Shown here: piece by piece, positions 50,357 to 59,270 of the stretch | Layout of the letters: the number at the start of each line of letters is the position of its first letter | How positions within the stretch are numbered: the stretch's first letter is position 1 | NCBI GenBank assembly: GCA_964588985.1 | Contig: CAZPQW010000009.1 | Coordinates: 60,459 to 124,458, forward strand | Reading direction: 5' to 3' | DNA from: an uncultured Solirubrobacteraceae bacterium | Lineage (GTDB): Bacteria; Actinomycetota; Thermoleophilia; Solirubrobacterales; Solirubrobacteraceae | Length of the DNA: 64,000 nt | Notes under the pieces: generated by a model | What the model saw: only the letters and a program-made list of their open reading frames with translations | Database searches by the model: none | Told to the model about the DNA's origin: nothing | Translations under genes and position numbers: made by a program

Positions 50357-51903
50357 GCGGCAAGCTCCGCGACCGCCGCCCGCACGTCCGCGTCGGCGAC
50401 CTCGCGTCCGTGCGCGACCTCGCCGGGCGCGTCCACCAGCACGAACGGCACGCTCGCGCCCACGCGCTTCTTGTCGCGCGCGGTCGCCGCGATCACGTCC
50501 TCGACCGAGACATCGGACAAGGCCACCGGCAGGTCGTGCCCGATCAGCAGCTCGCGCACCTGCTCGCGCAGCTCTGGCAGCCCCGACAGCGACAGCGCCG
50601 CCAGCAGCCCGAGGCCGACAGCCTCGCCGTGGCGATAGCGCGCGTAGCCGCTCGCTGTCTCGATCGCGTGCCCGATCGTGTGCCCGAGGTTGAGGACCTG
50701 GCGGCGCCCGCCGTCGCGCTCGTCCTTCGCCACCACCGCCAGCTTCGTCCGTGCGCACGCGAGGATCGTGCGCTCGTCCACGTCTGCCCCGCCCGCCACG
50801 TCCTCCCACAGGCGCCCGCCCGCGATCAACGCGGTCTTCAGCACCTCGACCCAGCCCGCCGACAGCTCCTCCCTGGGAAGCGTGTCGAGCGCGCCGGGGT
50901 CGACGAGCACCCCGGCGGGCTGGTGGTAGACGCCGACGTAGTTCTTCGCCTCCGGCAGGTCCACCCCGGTCTTGCCGCCATAGGCGGAGTCGACCTGCGC
51001 GACGAGCGTGGTCGGTACCTGCACCACCGGCACGCCGCGCTGATAGGTGCCGGCGCAGAACCCCGCGAGATCGCCCACCACGCCACCGCCTAGCGCCACC
51101 ACGTGATCGGCGCGCGTCATGCCGCCCGCGACCAGCTCGTGCCACACGCGCTCGGCGCTCGCGAGCGTCTTGGACTCCTCCCCGGCCGGGATCGCGACCG
51201 TCCCCGCGAGATCCCCGAGCCGATCCCCATACAGCCCCGCGACCGTCTCGTCGCTCACGCAGAACGACCGCGAGCTCGAGCGGTCCAGTGGCCAAAGCGC
51301 TGAGGAGCGCGCGAGCTGATCGAGCAGGCCGCGCGCGACGAGCACCGGGTATTCCCCCGACTTCGAGCTGGCCCACAGCAGCCGCGCCCCGCTGGGCGCC
51401 GCCGCGAGCGCGTCGAGGCCGGGCAGCGTGTGCGCCGCCGCCCCGCTCGGCAGGTCGCCGAGGATCGCGTCGGCGAGATCCTCGTACAGGTCGCTGCGCT
51501 CCGCGTGCAGCCGTTCGAAGTAGTCGCGGTCGCGCGCCAGCGGTCGCGCAGCGCCGCCGGGTGTGGCGTGCACACGCTCCCACGCGGTCGCCGGGTCGAC
51601 GTCCAGAAGCACCGTCACGTGTCCGGCGAGCGCCTCGCGCACCCGCTCCGATGTGACGCTGCCGCCTCCGAGCGCGACCACCTCCCCACGCCCCGCGCGA
51701 GCCAGCACCTCGCACACGAGCTCCTCCTCCTGTGCGCGAAACGCCGCCTCGCCGTGGAGCGCAAACTCGCGCGCCACCGGATGGCCGAGGCGCTCCTCGA
51801 GCAACGCGTCGCTATCGATCGCGCGGACGCCCGCGGCGGCCGCCAGTTCCCTGGCCACGGTCGTCTTGCCGGCCCCCATGAAGCCGATTAGGACGAATGC
51901 CAT
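50353..51903 (-). CDS. aroKB: Bifunctional shikimate kinase / 3-dehydroquinate synthase
   Basis: GFMGAGKTT plus GGGVVGDLAGF, PTTLVAQVDS, LNLGHTIGHAIE. Confidence 0.93.
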   Translation of the reverse strand: MAFVLIGFMGAGKTTVARELAAAAGVRAIDSDALLEERLGHPVAREFALHGEAAFRAQEEELVCEVLARAGRGEVVALGGGSVTSERVREALAGHVTVLLDVDPATAWERVHATPGGAARPLARDRDYFERLHAERSDLYEDLADAILGDLPSGAAAHTLPGLDALAAAPSGARLLWASSKSGEYPVLVARGLLDQLARSSALWPLDRSSSRSFCVSDETVAGLYGDRLGDLAGTVAIPAGEESKTLASAERVWHELVAGGMTRADHVVALGGGVVGDLAGFCAGTYQRGVPVVQVPTTLVAQVDSAYGGKTGVDLPEAKNYVGVYHQPAGVLVDPGALDTLPREELSAGWVEVLKTALIAGGRLWEDVAGGADVDERTILACARTKLAVVAKDERDGGRRQVLNLGHTIGHAIETASGYARYRHGEAVGLGLLAALSLSGLPELREQVRELLIGHDLPVALSDVSVEDVIAATARDKKRVGASVPFVLVDAPGEVAHGREVADADVRAAVAELAA

Positions 51904-53057
51904 CCGATCCGCTGTTCATAGGCCTGCACCGCGTCACGGACGTCGTCGATGTGGTCGCCCCCGAACTTGCGCCGGTATGCGTCCGCGAGCACCAGCGCGA
52001 CCATCGCCTCGCCGACGACGCCCGCGGCCGGCACCGTGCACGAGTCGGTGCGCTCGCGCAGCGCCTGCGCCGGCTCGTGCGTGGCCGTGTCGACCGACCG
52101 CAGCGGCTTGGTGAGCGTCGGCAGCGGCTTCATCGCGCCGCGGACCACGAGCGGGTCGCCGGTCGTCATGCCGCCCTCGAGGCCACCGCAGTGGTTGCTC
52201 TCGCGGTAGTAGCCGCGCTCGGGTGAGAAGAAGATCTCGTCGTGTGCCTGGGAGCCCGGGAGGCCCGCCACCGTGAACGCGTCGCCGATCGACACGCCCT
52301 TCATCGCCTGGATCGAGCAGATCGCCATCGCCAGGCGACCGTCCAGGCGCTCCTCCCAGGAGACGTGCGAGCCGAGCCCCGGCACGAGCCCGAACGCCCG
52401 CACCTCGAACACGCCCCCGAGCGACTCGTTCGCCTTGCGCAGCCTGTCGATCTCGCGCACCATCGCCTTGGACGCGTCCGCGTCCAGGCAGCGCACGGGC
52501 GAGCCGTCGACGTCCGCGAAGTCCGCCGCGAGGAGCTCGCGCTCGCTGGGCGGTGCGTGCACGGAGGCGATCTGGATGACGTGCGAGTAGACCTCCACGC
52601 CGAGCGCGCGCAGGAACGCCTTGCACAGCGCCCCACCGGCCACTCGGGCCGCCGTCTCCCGCGCGGAGGCCCGCTCGAGGATGTTGCGCACATCGGTCTG
52701 CTTGTACTTCTGCGTGCCCACCAGATCGGCGTGCCCGGGACGCGGCAGGTGCACCTCGGGCACCGGCTCGTCGACCGGCCACGGGTTCATCCGCTCCTCC
52801 CAGTTGGCGTAGTCGCGGTTGGCCACCTGCAGCGCGATCGGCCCGCCGAGCGTGCGCCCGTGGCGCACTCCTGCGGTGATCGCCGCGCTGTCGCGCTCGA
52901 TCTTCATGCGCCCGCCGCGGCCGTGGCCGAGCTGGCGGCGCGCCATGTCGCCGTTGATCTCCTCCTCGGCCAGCGCCAGGCCTGCCGGCAGGCCCTCGAC
53001 GATGCATGTGAGGCCGGGGCCGTGCGACTCGCCGGCGGTGATCAGACGGAGCGTCAT
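51888..53057 (-). CDS. aroC: Chorismate synthase
   Basis: TAGESHG, RPGHAD, ERASARETA, GGLEGGMT, MKPLPTL. Confidence 0.97.
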   Translation of the reverse strand: MTLRLITAGESHGPGLTCIVEGLPAGLALAEEEINGDMARRQLGHGRGGRMKIERDSAAITAGVRHGRTLGGPIALQVANRDYANWEERMNPWPVDEPVPEVHLPRPGHADLVGTQKYKQTDVRNILERASARETAARVAGGALCKAFLRALGVEVYSHVIQIASVHAPPSERELLAADFADVDGSPVRCLDADASKAMVREIDRLRKANESLGGVFEVRAFGLVPGLGSHVSWEERLDGRLAMAICSIQAMKGVSIGDAFTVAGLPGSQAHDEIFFSPERGYYRESNHCGGLEGGMTTGDPLVVRGAMKPLPTLTKPLRSVDTATHEPAQALRERTDSCTVPAAGVVGEAMVALVLADAYRRKFGGDHIDDVRDAVQAYEQRIGWHSS

Positions 53058-53082
53058 CGCCCCTAGCTTATTTGCTGGGCGC

Positions 53083-54036
53083 TCAGCGGCTTGAGTCGAA
53101 GCGCCGTGCGCCGTGCGCGCGGGCCGCGGAGGCGTGGTGGCTGGCGAACGCCAGCACACCCATCCGCGAGGAGTAGTGCAGGTAGGGGATCGCCACCAGG
53201 CCGGCGCTCCTGAGCACTTCGCGACCGGCCTTGGAGACCCCGCCGAGCAGGCTCTTGACCGAGCCCGTTTTGGCTTTGCTCGACGCGATCGTGACGAGCT
53301 TCAGTTCGTAGAGCACCGGCGCGCCGCCGGTCGTGGGCAGGACTTCCAGCTGCTCGCTCTGGCCGGGCTTGAGGTCGATCGCTTCGCACTGCGAGGCGTT
53401 CGGCAGACAGCTCGCGGCGCCGCGCAGGATCACTTCGCCGACGACCGTGAAGGTCGCGCTGTGCCCGCCGGCGATGACGCCCCGGTAGACGATCAGCGGC
53501 AGCTTCGCGGACGGCAGCGGCGTGAGCAGCTTGAGGTTCTCATACGGGGTCAGCACCGCCGTCTGCGGGTCCGTTCCGAGGGGGATCGCGCCGAACAGCA
53601 CCGCCACGTGGTAGACGGTCTTCGGCTTGGCGGGCTTCGTCGATTTCGAAGGCGTCGTTTCTTTGGACGTCGTCGTCGTTCCCGAAGAGGGCGTCGAACC
53701 CGTGCCGGTCGCGGGAGCGGCCGTGGTGGTGGTCTTGGTCGCGGGCGAGGGCAGCGCTACGAAGGGGTCACGAGCGACTCCGCCGTGCTGGGCGCTCGTG
53801 CCTTCGGTCGTCTCCGCGACGGGCTTTTCGGTGCTCGCCTGGCTGATGGCGAGTTTCGAGCCGGGGACGCTCGCGGTGACCGGAGCGACCGTCGAGGCGG
53901 GCGTCGAGGAGCTCGAGCCGCCGCCGATGACCACGTATGCGACCGCGGCGAGCAGCGCCACCGCCACAAGCGCCACGACGGGCAGCAGACGCCGGTCTGA
54001 GAGGTCCGTCTTCAGTGCGTTCAGGAAGTCGGTCAT
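53083..54036 (-). CDS. Membrane-anchored protein in the PilP position of the pil operon
   Basis: N-terminal TM helix, S/T/P-rich linker with RDPF, C-terminal domain with a Cys pair; ATGA-coupled to pilO. Confidence 0.7.
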   Translation of the reverse strand: MTDFLNALKTDLSDRRLLPVVALVAVALLAAVAYVVIGGGSSSSTPASTVAPVTASVPGSKLAISQASTEKPVAETTEGTSAQHGGVARDPFVALPSPATKTTTTAAPATGTGSTPSSGTTTTSKETTPSKSTKPAKPKTVYHVAVLFGAIPLGTDPQTAVLTPYENLKLLTPLPSAKLPLIVYRGVIAGGHSATFTVVGEVILRGAASCLPNASQCEAIDLKPGQSEQLEVLPTTGGAPVLYELKLVTIASSKAKTGSVKSLLGGVSKAGREVLRSAGLVAIPYLHYSSRMGVLAFASHHASAARAHGARRFDSSR

Positions 54037-54767
54037 GGGGTCACCGAGACGGTCGCCGGAGCGGTCGGGGAGCTCGCGGCTCCTGTGGTCGAAGAGGTCG
54101 GGGTGCCGGCGCCGGGGACCGGGCTCGATCCGGTGACCGACTGGCCTCCGGGGAGCACGTAGGCGCTCGCCGTGACGGTTCCCGTGAGTTCGCTGCTCGC
54201 CTTCGAGCCCGAGCCGACGGCTTCCGTGTGGGACGGGGTGAGGTTCACGCTCTGGATCGTCAGCAGGCGCCCGTTGACCGACAGCGCGCCGGATGCGGTG
54301 CGCGTGGTGAAGCTCGTGAGCTTGCGCATCAGCTTTTCCAGGTCGAAGAAGCTTCCGTCGAAGACGAACGAGAACGGCATCGCGGTGAAGCCAGCGGCGG
54401 CCGTCGCGGCGGTCGCGGACGTGCTCGCGGCACCGGTCGTGCTGGTGCTTGAGATCGAGGAGAAGAACACGTTCTTCTGTTCGCTGGCGCGAGCGAGCTG
54501 CACGATCAGGGACGGCACTTCCTTGCTGGCGGGGACGGCTTTGCCGAGGCTCACGATCGAGCTGTACGCGGCCGCGTATTGCGACTGCGCCGCGCGCGCC
54601 TTGGAGAGTTCGCCTTCGGCCGTCGTCAGCGACGCCTGGGCGGTCGTCACTTCGGCGCCGATGCTGTTCGCCTTGTTGCGCTCGGGCGAGACCACGAGCA
54701 CCCATCCGGCGCCGAGGATCGCGACGACGATCACTGCCATCAGGACCATGCGGTCACGGCCGGTCAT
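54033..54767 (-). CDS. pilO: Type IV pilus assembly protein PilO
   Basis: TM helix plus coiled coil, LGKAVP...VPSLIVQL, F.GSFFDL, GRLLTI. Confidence 0.8.
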   Translation of the reverse strand: MTGRDRMVLMAVIVVAILGAGWVLVVSPERNKANSIGAEVTTAQASLTTAEGELSKARAAQSQYAAAYSSIVSLGKAVPASKEVPSLIVQLARASEQKNVFFSSISSTSTTGAASTSATAATAAAGFTAMPFSFVFDGSFFDLEKLMRKLTSFTTRTASGALSVNGRLLTIQSVNLTPSHTEAVGSGSKASSELTGTVTASAYVLPGGQSVTGSSPVPGAGTPTSSTTGAASSPTAPATVSVTP

Positions 54768-55546
54768 CGCAGTGCGCTCCCCGAGGTGGTGGTTGACGAT
54801 GAGCTGCTCGAGCCGTCTGCGACCGTGCTCGTCGAAGTTGTGTGGGCGGTGGGAGTCGGCATCCCGGCGAACGTGATCGTCACCGAGAAGGACGGGTCGT
54901 GACCCGTGCATCCACCGCCGGCGCCACCGCCGGAGGAGCCGCCGGCGGAGCTGCCGGAAGCCGTCGAGCTCTGCAGCGAGACTTCGCTTACGCCGTCGAT
55001 CAGACGCAGACGCTGGAGCATCTGCGCGACCGTCGCCTGGCTGACGGCGCAGCCGGCGAGGGTGAAGGTGGGGACGCTGCCGGGAGGCGTCGCCGAGGCG
55101 ACGGGAGTCGCGGCGCTGGCCGGTGTGCCTGACGCGGTGACCTTCGTGGCGACCGTGGCGGACGCCGAGCCGATCGTGCCGGCGAGCGAGGAGAAAGACA
55201 CTCCGGCGGGGACCGTGCGGCCGAATTCGTGGAAGACGTGCGCCCAGTCGAAGCGGGACGCGACGAGCGTGTCGACGGCCTGTACGCGCGCGTCGCGCAG
55301 CGACACGAAGCTGGTGTAGGAAGCGAGCTGGCTCGCCTGCGACTGTGCGCTCTGCGCCTGTGCGGTGAGAGACGCGGCCTGCGCGCGACGGCTGGACAGA
55401 TCGTGATTGGCTTTCCCGTAGAGCAGGGCGAGCAGGGCAACGCCGGCCAGCAGTCCGAGCAGTGCGTAGGCGCCGCCTTCGGAGCGCCCGGCGCCGACTG
55501 ACGCCCCCTCGCGCTGTGCTGTCGGGATCAGGTTTACGGCCTTCAT
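54764..55546 (-). CDS. pilN: Type IV pilus assembly protein PilN
   Basis: VNLIP PilM-binding motif, TM helix, RFDW, LRLIDGVSEV. Confidence 0.85.
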   Translation of the reverse strand: MKAVNLIPTAQREGASVGAGRSEGGAYALLGLLAGVALLALLYGKANHDLSSRRAQAASLTAQAQSAQSQASQLASYTSFVSLRDARVQAVDTLVASRFDWAHVFHEFGRTVPAGVSFSSLAGTIGSASATVATKVTASGTPASAATPVASATPPGSVPTFTLAGCAVSQATVAQMLQRLRLIDGVSEVSLQSSTASGSSAGGSSGGGAGGGCTGHDPSFSVTITFAGMPTPTAHTTSTSTVADGSSSSSSTTTSGSALR

Positions 55547-56790
55547 TGCGGCGCCTCCGACGTCGCCAGGCCGGTTGCGACGGCCAGCCGGTGGGCGGAG
55601 ACGTGGTCGGCTGAGTGCTCGTCGGTCAGCCCGATCGTCTCGCCGCGCACCTCCAGCCCGAGGGACGCCTGCAGCGCCTCGGCGAATCCGGGGATGTCCT
55701 GTGCGGAGCCGCTGAGCACGACGTGCGAGACGTCGCCGCCGCCGTCCTGGGAGCGGTGGAAGTCGAGTGAGTTGCGGACCTCGCCGGAGATCTCGCGGAT
55801 GCCGCCCTCGAGCACCGTCGCGACCTCGGAGTCCGACGCGGCCTGCGGCTCGACGGCAAAGCTCTGGTAGTCCTGCTCGCCGCTCTCCTCCGGCGTCTCG
55901 ACGTGCTCCTCCTCGCCGAGCTCTCCGGCCACGCCCTCGTGCTCGGCCTGCGGCTCGGCGGGCGCCTCGACGGGCTCCTGCACGACGGGCATCGGTGTGG
56001 GCGCGGGGACGGTGAGGTCGGCGCCCGCGAGCAGCTCGCGTGCCTCTGTGAGTGCGATTCCGCGGCGCTCGGCCAGCTCGCCGGCCATGCCCTCGAGGCC
56101 GCTGCCGACCACACGGGTGAAGTGGCAGACCTTCCCCTCCGCGATCGCCAGGTTGGTCAGGCCGTCGACGTTCAGGTAGAGCACCCGCGCGGACTGCTCG
56201 GGGTCTGCCCGGTAAAGGGAGCGGATCAGCGCGAAGGCAGACAGGTCGACGCCTTCGGGAGTCAGGCCCGCGCGTCGAACCGCCGCGAGCAGCCGTTCGA
56301 CCATGTCACGCTGAGCGGCCACGAGCACCACGCGCTGGCGCGGGCCGGCGGGCGTGTCGACGACGCCGAGCGGGTGGAAGTCGAGCACGGCGTTGCTCAG
56401 CGGCATCGGCACCTGGTCCTGCGCCTGGAAGGTGACGGCCGCGGCGAGTTCCTTCGGGTCGCTGACCGGGGGAAGTTCGAGTGTGCGCAGCACGGTGCGC
56501 TGGTTGGCCACACCGACACGCACGCGCTTGTTCAGCTTGCTCTCGCCGAACAGCTCGCGCAGCGCCTCGCTGAGCACATCCTGGTCCATCACTTCGCCGT
56601 CGCGCACCACGTCGGCCGGCAGTGTCGTCGCGGCCGCGTGCTCGACGAGGATCGAGCCGTTGATCCTGGCCTTGACCGCCGCGACGAATCCCGGCTGAAT
56701 GTCCAGCCCAACGATGTCGGCGCCGGCGCGGCGGCCGATCTTCATGTTGAGCTTGATGCTCGGGGTTGGGATTCGTGAGGGGAGTTGCAT
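55543..56790 (-). CDS. pilM: Type IV pilus assembly protein PilM
   Basis: VGLDI, actin/FtsA-like fold motifs, EVRNSLDF, VLSG. Confidence 0.9.
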   Translation of the reverse strand: MQLPSRIPTPSIKLNMKIGRRAGADIVGLDIQPGFVAAVKARINGSILVEHAAATTLPADVVRDGEVMDQDVLSEALRELFGESKLNKRVRVGVANQRTVLRTLELPPVSDPKELAAAVTFQAQDQVPMPLSNAVLDFHPLGVVDTPAGPRQRVVLVAAQRDMVERLLAAVRRAGLTPEGVDLSAFALIRSLYRADPEQSARVLYLNVDGLTNLAIAEGKVCHFTRVVGSGLEGMAGELAERRGIALTEARELLAGADLTVPAPTPMPVVQEPVEAPAEPQAEHEGVAGELGEEEHVETPEESGEQDYQSFAVEPQAASDSEVATVLEGGIREISGEVRNSLDFHRSQDGGGDVSHVVLSGSAQDIPGFAEALQASLGLEVRGETIGLTDEHSADHVSAHRLAVATGLATSEAPQ

Positions 56791-56836
56791 GGTCAGTGGG
56801 GCGCTTCGAGCGGAGTGCGGATCGTCCGCAGGAGAG

Positions 56837-56864
56837 GTATCGGCGTCAACGCCTCGGCGCTTTA
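56837..56864 (-). promoter_or_regulatory. sigma28/WhiG-type promoter for pilMNO
   Basis: TAAA-N16-GCCGATAC. Confidence 0.75.
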
Positions 56865-57620
56865 GTGAACGAAGTGATTGACGTAGAAATCGATCAGCTG
56901 CTGCCCTGCGAAGATCGCGCTCAACGCGCCAAGCGCGAGAAAGGGACCGAAGGGAACCGCCGTCTTGCGGCCCTCATGCGCGCCCTTGCGAGCTATCACC
57001 ACGACGCCGAGCAGAACGCCGCTGACCAGTGCGATCAGAATCGCCGGCGCCACCGCCGCGCCCAGGAACAGACCCATCATCCCCGCGAGCTTCACATCGC
57101 CCATGCCCATTCCGCCCGGGTAGGCAAGCGCCGCGAGTAGCAGGAACCCGCCGGCGCCCGCGCCGGCGATCAGCCGTTCAGGCTCCCCGCTCGGGTCCAG
57201 CGCCAGCCCGATGCCGAGCGCCAGGACAGCGCCGAGCGCGGTGATGCGGTTGGGGATGATGCGGTGCTCGAGATCGATCAGCGCGGCCGGCACCACCAGC
57301 AGGATCAGCACGATGGCAAGGGCGATCCCCGCGGCCGATTCGTGGCTCAACACGGCTCCGACACACAGCGCGGCGGTGAGCGCCTCTACCAGTGGGTAGC
57401 GGGCCGAGATCGGCTCGCCGCAGCCGCGGCAGTGTCCGCGCAGCAACAGCCACGAGAGGACTGGGATGTTGTCGTAGGGCTTGACCGGGGTGGCGCAGCG
57501 AGGGCAGTGCGAGGCCGGTGTGACAAGCGACTCGTGGCGCGGAAGGCGGTAGGCGACGACGTTGAGGAACGACCCGAAGATCGCCCCGAACAGTCCCGCG
57601 AATGTCGCTGCCTCCACCAT
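56862..57620 (-). CDS. pilD: Prepilin peptidase
   Basis: GSFLNVVAYRLP, CxxC...CxxC, IDLEH, MGMGDVKL, PFGPFL. Confidence 0.95.
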   Translation of the reverse strand: MVEAATFAGLFGAIFGSFLNVVAYRLPRHESLVTPASHCPRCATPVKPYDNIPVLSWLLLRGHCRGCGEPISARYPLVEALTAALCVGAVLSHESAAGIALAIVLILLVVPAALIDLEHRIIPNRITALGAVLALGIGLALDPSGEPERLIAGAGAGGFLLLAALAYPGGMGMGDVKLAGMMGLFLGAAVAPAILIALVSGVLLGVVVIARKGAHEGRKTAVPFGPFLALGALSAIFAGQQLIDFYVNHFVH

Positions 57621-57650
57621 GATCAGGTGCCCAGACGGTGCACGGCGGAG

Positions 57651-58112
57651 CTACCAGCTGCCGGTCGCACAGCCGCCTTTGTTGCTCGATTCGGCTTTGC
57701 ACGTGCGCGACACTTCGCCTTTTTCGTTGCGCGTGACGGTGAACGTGTCCCCGCTGCCTCCCGGGGCGACCGCGGTGATCACGTAGCCCTTGCCTGATTC
57801 CTGTTCTTTGGCCACGCTCAGGTAGGCGTTGTTGCCGCCGGCGGCGATCTGAATCGCCGACTCGTATTCGCGCAGGATTTTGGGTTCGATGCCGGTGTAG
57901 AGACCGTTGTGGTCGGTCGAGAAGGTCTCGGCGGCGAGCGAGCCGGTGCGCGCCATTTCCTTCGCGGAGGAGTCGTACGCCTTGCCCTTCTGGTTCAGGA
58001 AGACCGGGATCGCGATCGCGGCCAGGATGCCGATGATCAAGATCACGACGAGGAGCTCGACGAGGGTAAAACCCTGATCGTCGCGCGCGCTTTGCTGAAG
58101 CCGAGGGATCAC
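57651..58112 (-). CDS. Type IV pilin (second copy)
   Basis: G|FTLVELLVVILIIGILAAIAIP class III signal; C-terminal Cys pair. Confidence 0.93.
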   Translation of the reverse strand: MIPRLQQSARDDQGFTLVELLVVILIIGILAAIAIPVFLNQKGKAYDSSAKEMARTGSLAAETFSTDHNGLYTGIEPKILREYESAIQIAAGGNNAYLSVAKEQESGKGYVITAVAPGGSGDTFTVTRNEKGEVSRTCKAESSNKGGCATGSW

Positions 58113-58118
58113 ACCCAC

Positions 58119-58146
58119 CTATCGGCAGCGACCATGGAGTTCTTTA
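58119..58146 (-). promoter_or_regulatory. sigma28/WhiG-type promoter for pilin 2-pilD
   Basis: TAAA-N16-GCCGATAG, 6 nt before GTG 58112. Confidence 0.75.
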
Positions 58147-58183
58147 TAGTCGGGAGCGGATTTTAGCCGGCTGCGTATTAACG

Positions 58184-58221
58184 AAAAAAGAGGGGCGGCC
58201 CCGTGGGCCGCCCCTCTTCTT
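58184..58221 (-). terminator. Intrinsic terminator after the major pilin gene
   Basis: AAGAGGGGCGGCC / GGCCGCCCCTCTT stem with a T6 tail on the minus strand. Confidence 0.85.
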
Positions 58222-58260
58222 CGATGCTGAGCCCTGCCCGATGCAGAGCTCAGATGCCGA

Positions 58261-58710
58261 TTACCAGCTTCCGGATTTTCCTCCGCTGCAACCGGTCGTG
58301 GCGGATTTGCAGGTACGCGTGATGACACCTTCCGCGCTCCTGCTGATGATGAATTCGTCGCCGGTGTTGGCGGCCGTCGCGACCACGGTGTACGAGGTTG
58401 CGGCGGGAGTCGTCGAGCTGATGTACGCACCGTTACCCGCAGCGGTCTGAATCGTCGACTCATATGCTTTGAGTTCCGCAGGCGTCACTTTCGTGTATTC
58501 GCCGTTGTTGTCGGTGGCGATCGTCTCCGCCGTGGTCTGAGCCGTACGTGCAAGCTCCTTCGCCGAAGCGTCGTACGCCTTGCCCTTCTGGTTCAGGAAC
58601 GACGGGATAGCGATAGCGGCCAGGATGCCGATGATCAGGATGACGACCAAGAGCTCGATCAGGGTAAAACCACCCTCATCGGTCGAGCGCTGGCGCAGTC
58701 GATACAACAT
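58261..58710 (-). CDS. pilA: Type IV pilin (probable major pilin)
   Basis: G|FTLIELLVVILIIGILAAIAIP; GGAGG RBS; own promoter and terminator. Confidence 0.93.
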   Translation of the reverse strand: MLYRLRQRSTDEGGFTLIELLVVILIIGILAAIAIPSFLNQKGKAYDASAKELARTAQTTAETIATDNNGEYTKVTPAELKAYESTIQTAAGNGAYISSTTPAATSYTVVATAANTGDEFIISRSAEGVITRTCKSATTGCSGGKSGSW

Positions 58711-58737
58711 TGTGATCCTCCTAGGATCGCCTTCATG

Positions 58738-58830
58738 GGCGCCAGCCCTCGGTAATCGCCTCAAGCGGCGATGCGTCCCCCTTGTTCGAGAGCCGCCGGC
58801 TTTGCTACGCACCTTTCGGATGCTTGCCTT
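58738..58830 (-). ncRNA. c-di-GMP-I (GEMM-I)-like riboswitch in the pilin 5' leader
   Basis: AAGGCAA-GCATCC-GAAA-GGTGC-GTAGCAAAGCC followed by a pairable P2 and TTACCGA; tetraloop receptor not canonical. Confidence 0.45.
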
Positions 58831-58860
58831 GGCACCTCGGTACTGGCCTTGTCAGGCGGT

Positions 58861-58888
58861 GCATCGACTCCGCTGCGGACAGGCTTTA
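58861..58888 (-). promoter_or_regulatory. sigma28/WhiG-type promoter for the major pilin
   Basis: TAAA-N16-GTCGATGC. Confidence 0.6.
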
Positions 58889-58965
58889 CAGCTGCAAGAA
58901 ACTCTGGACACATTCATCCGCCAACGAGGTGAACCCCGAGCCGACCGGCGTGCCCTCGTGCAGCG

Positions 58966-59244
58966 CTAGGAGGCAGGCACCGGATCGGCGGGCGCTTTCG
59001 CGGCCGTCGCCTCGTCCGCCGGTGCTGGCGGAACCTCGTTGGCCGGCCAATGCGCCTGGGCGTCGGTGTCGGGCACGCGCACTCCGCCACCGCCGCACCA
59101 GGGGCAGGCGATGTTGTTGGGGGTGCCGCCGAGGTTCGAGATCACCTGTCCGCTGCCGCGGCAGGGCATACACTCCCGCGGCTCATGGGACTCCTCGGGC
59201 CGGGCCTCGCCCTCGGCGCTCTCGCTGTTGATGTCGCTGGCCAT
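58966..59244 (-). CDS. Small DnaJ-type zinc-finger protein
   Basis: CMPCRGSG and CPWCGGGG (two CxxCxGxG repeats). Confidence 0.75.
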   Translation of the reverse strand: MASDINSESAEGEARPEESHEPRECMPCRGSGQVISNLGGTPNNIACPWCGGGGVRVPDTDAQAHWPANEVPPAPADEATAAKAPADPVPAS

Positions 59245-59270
59245 CGTGCGATGAGACTAGCGTTCCCGGC

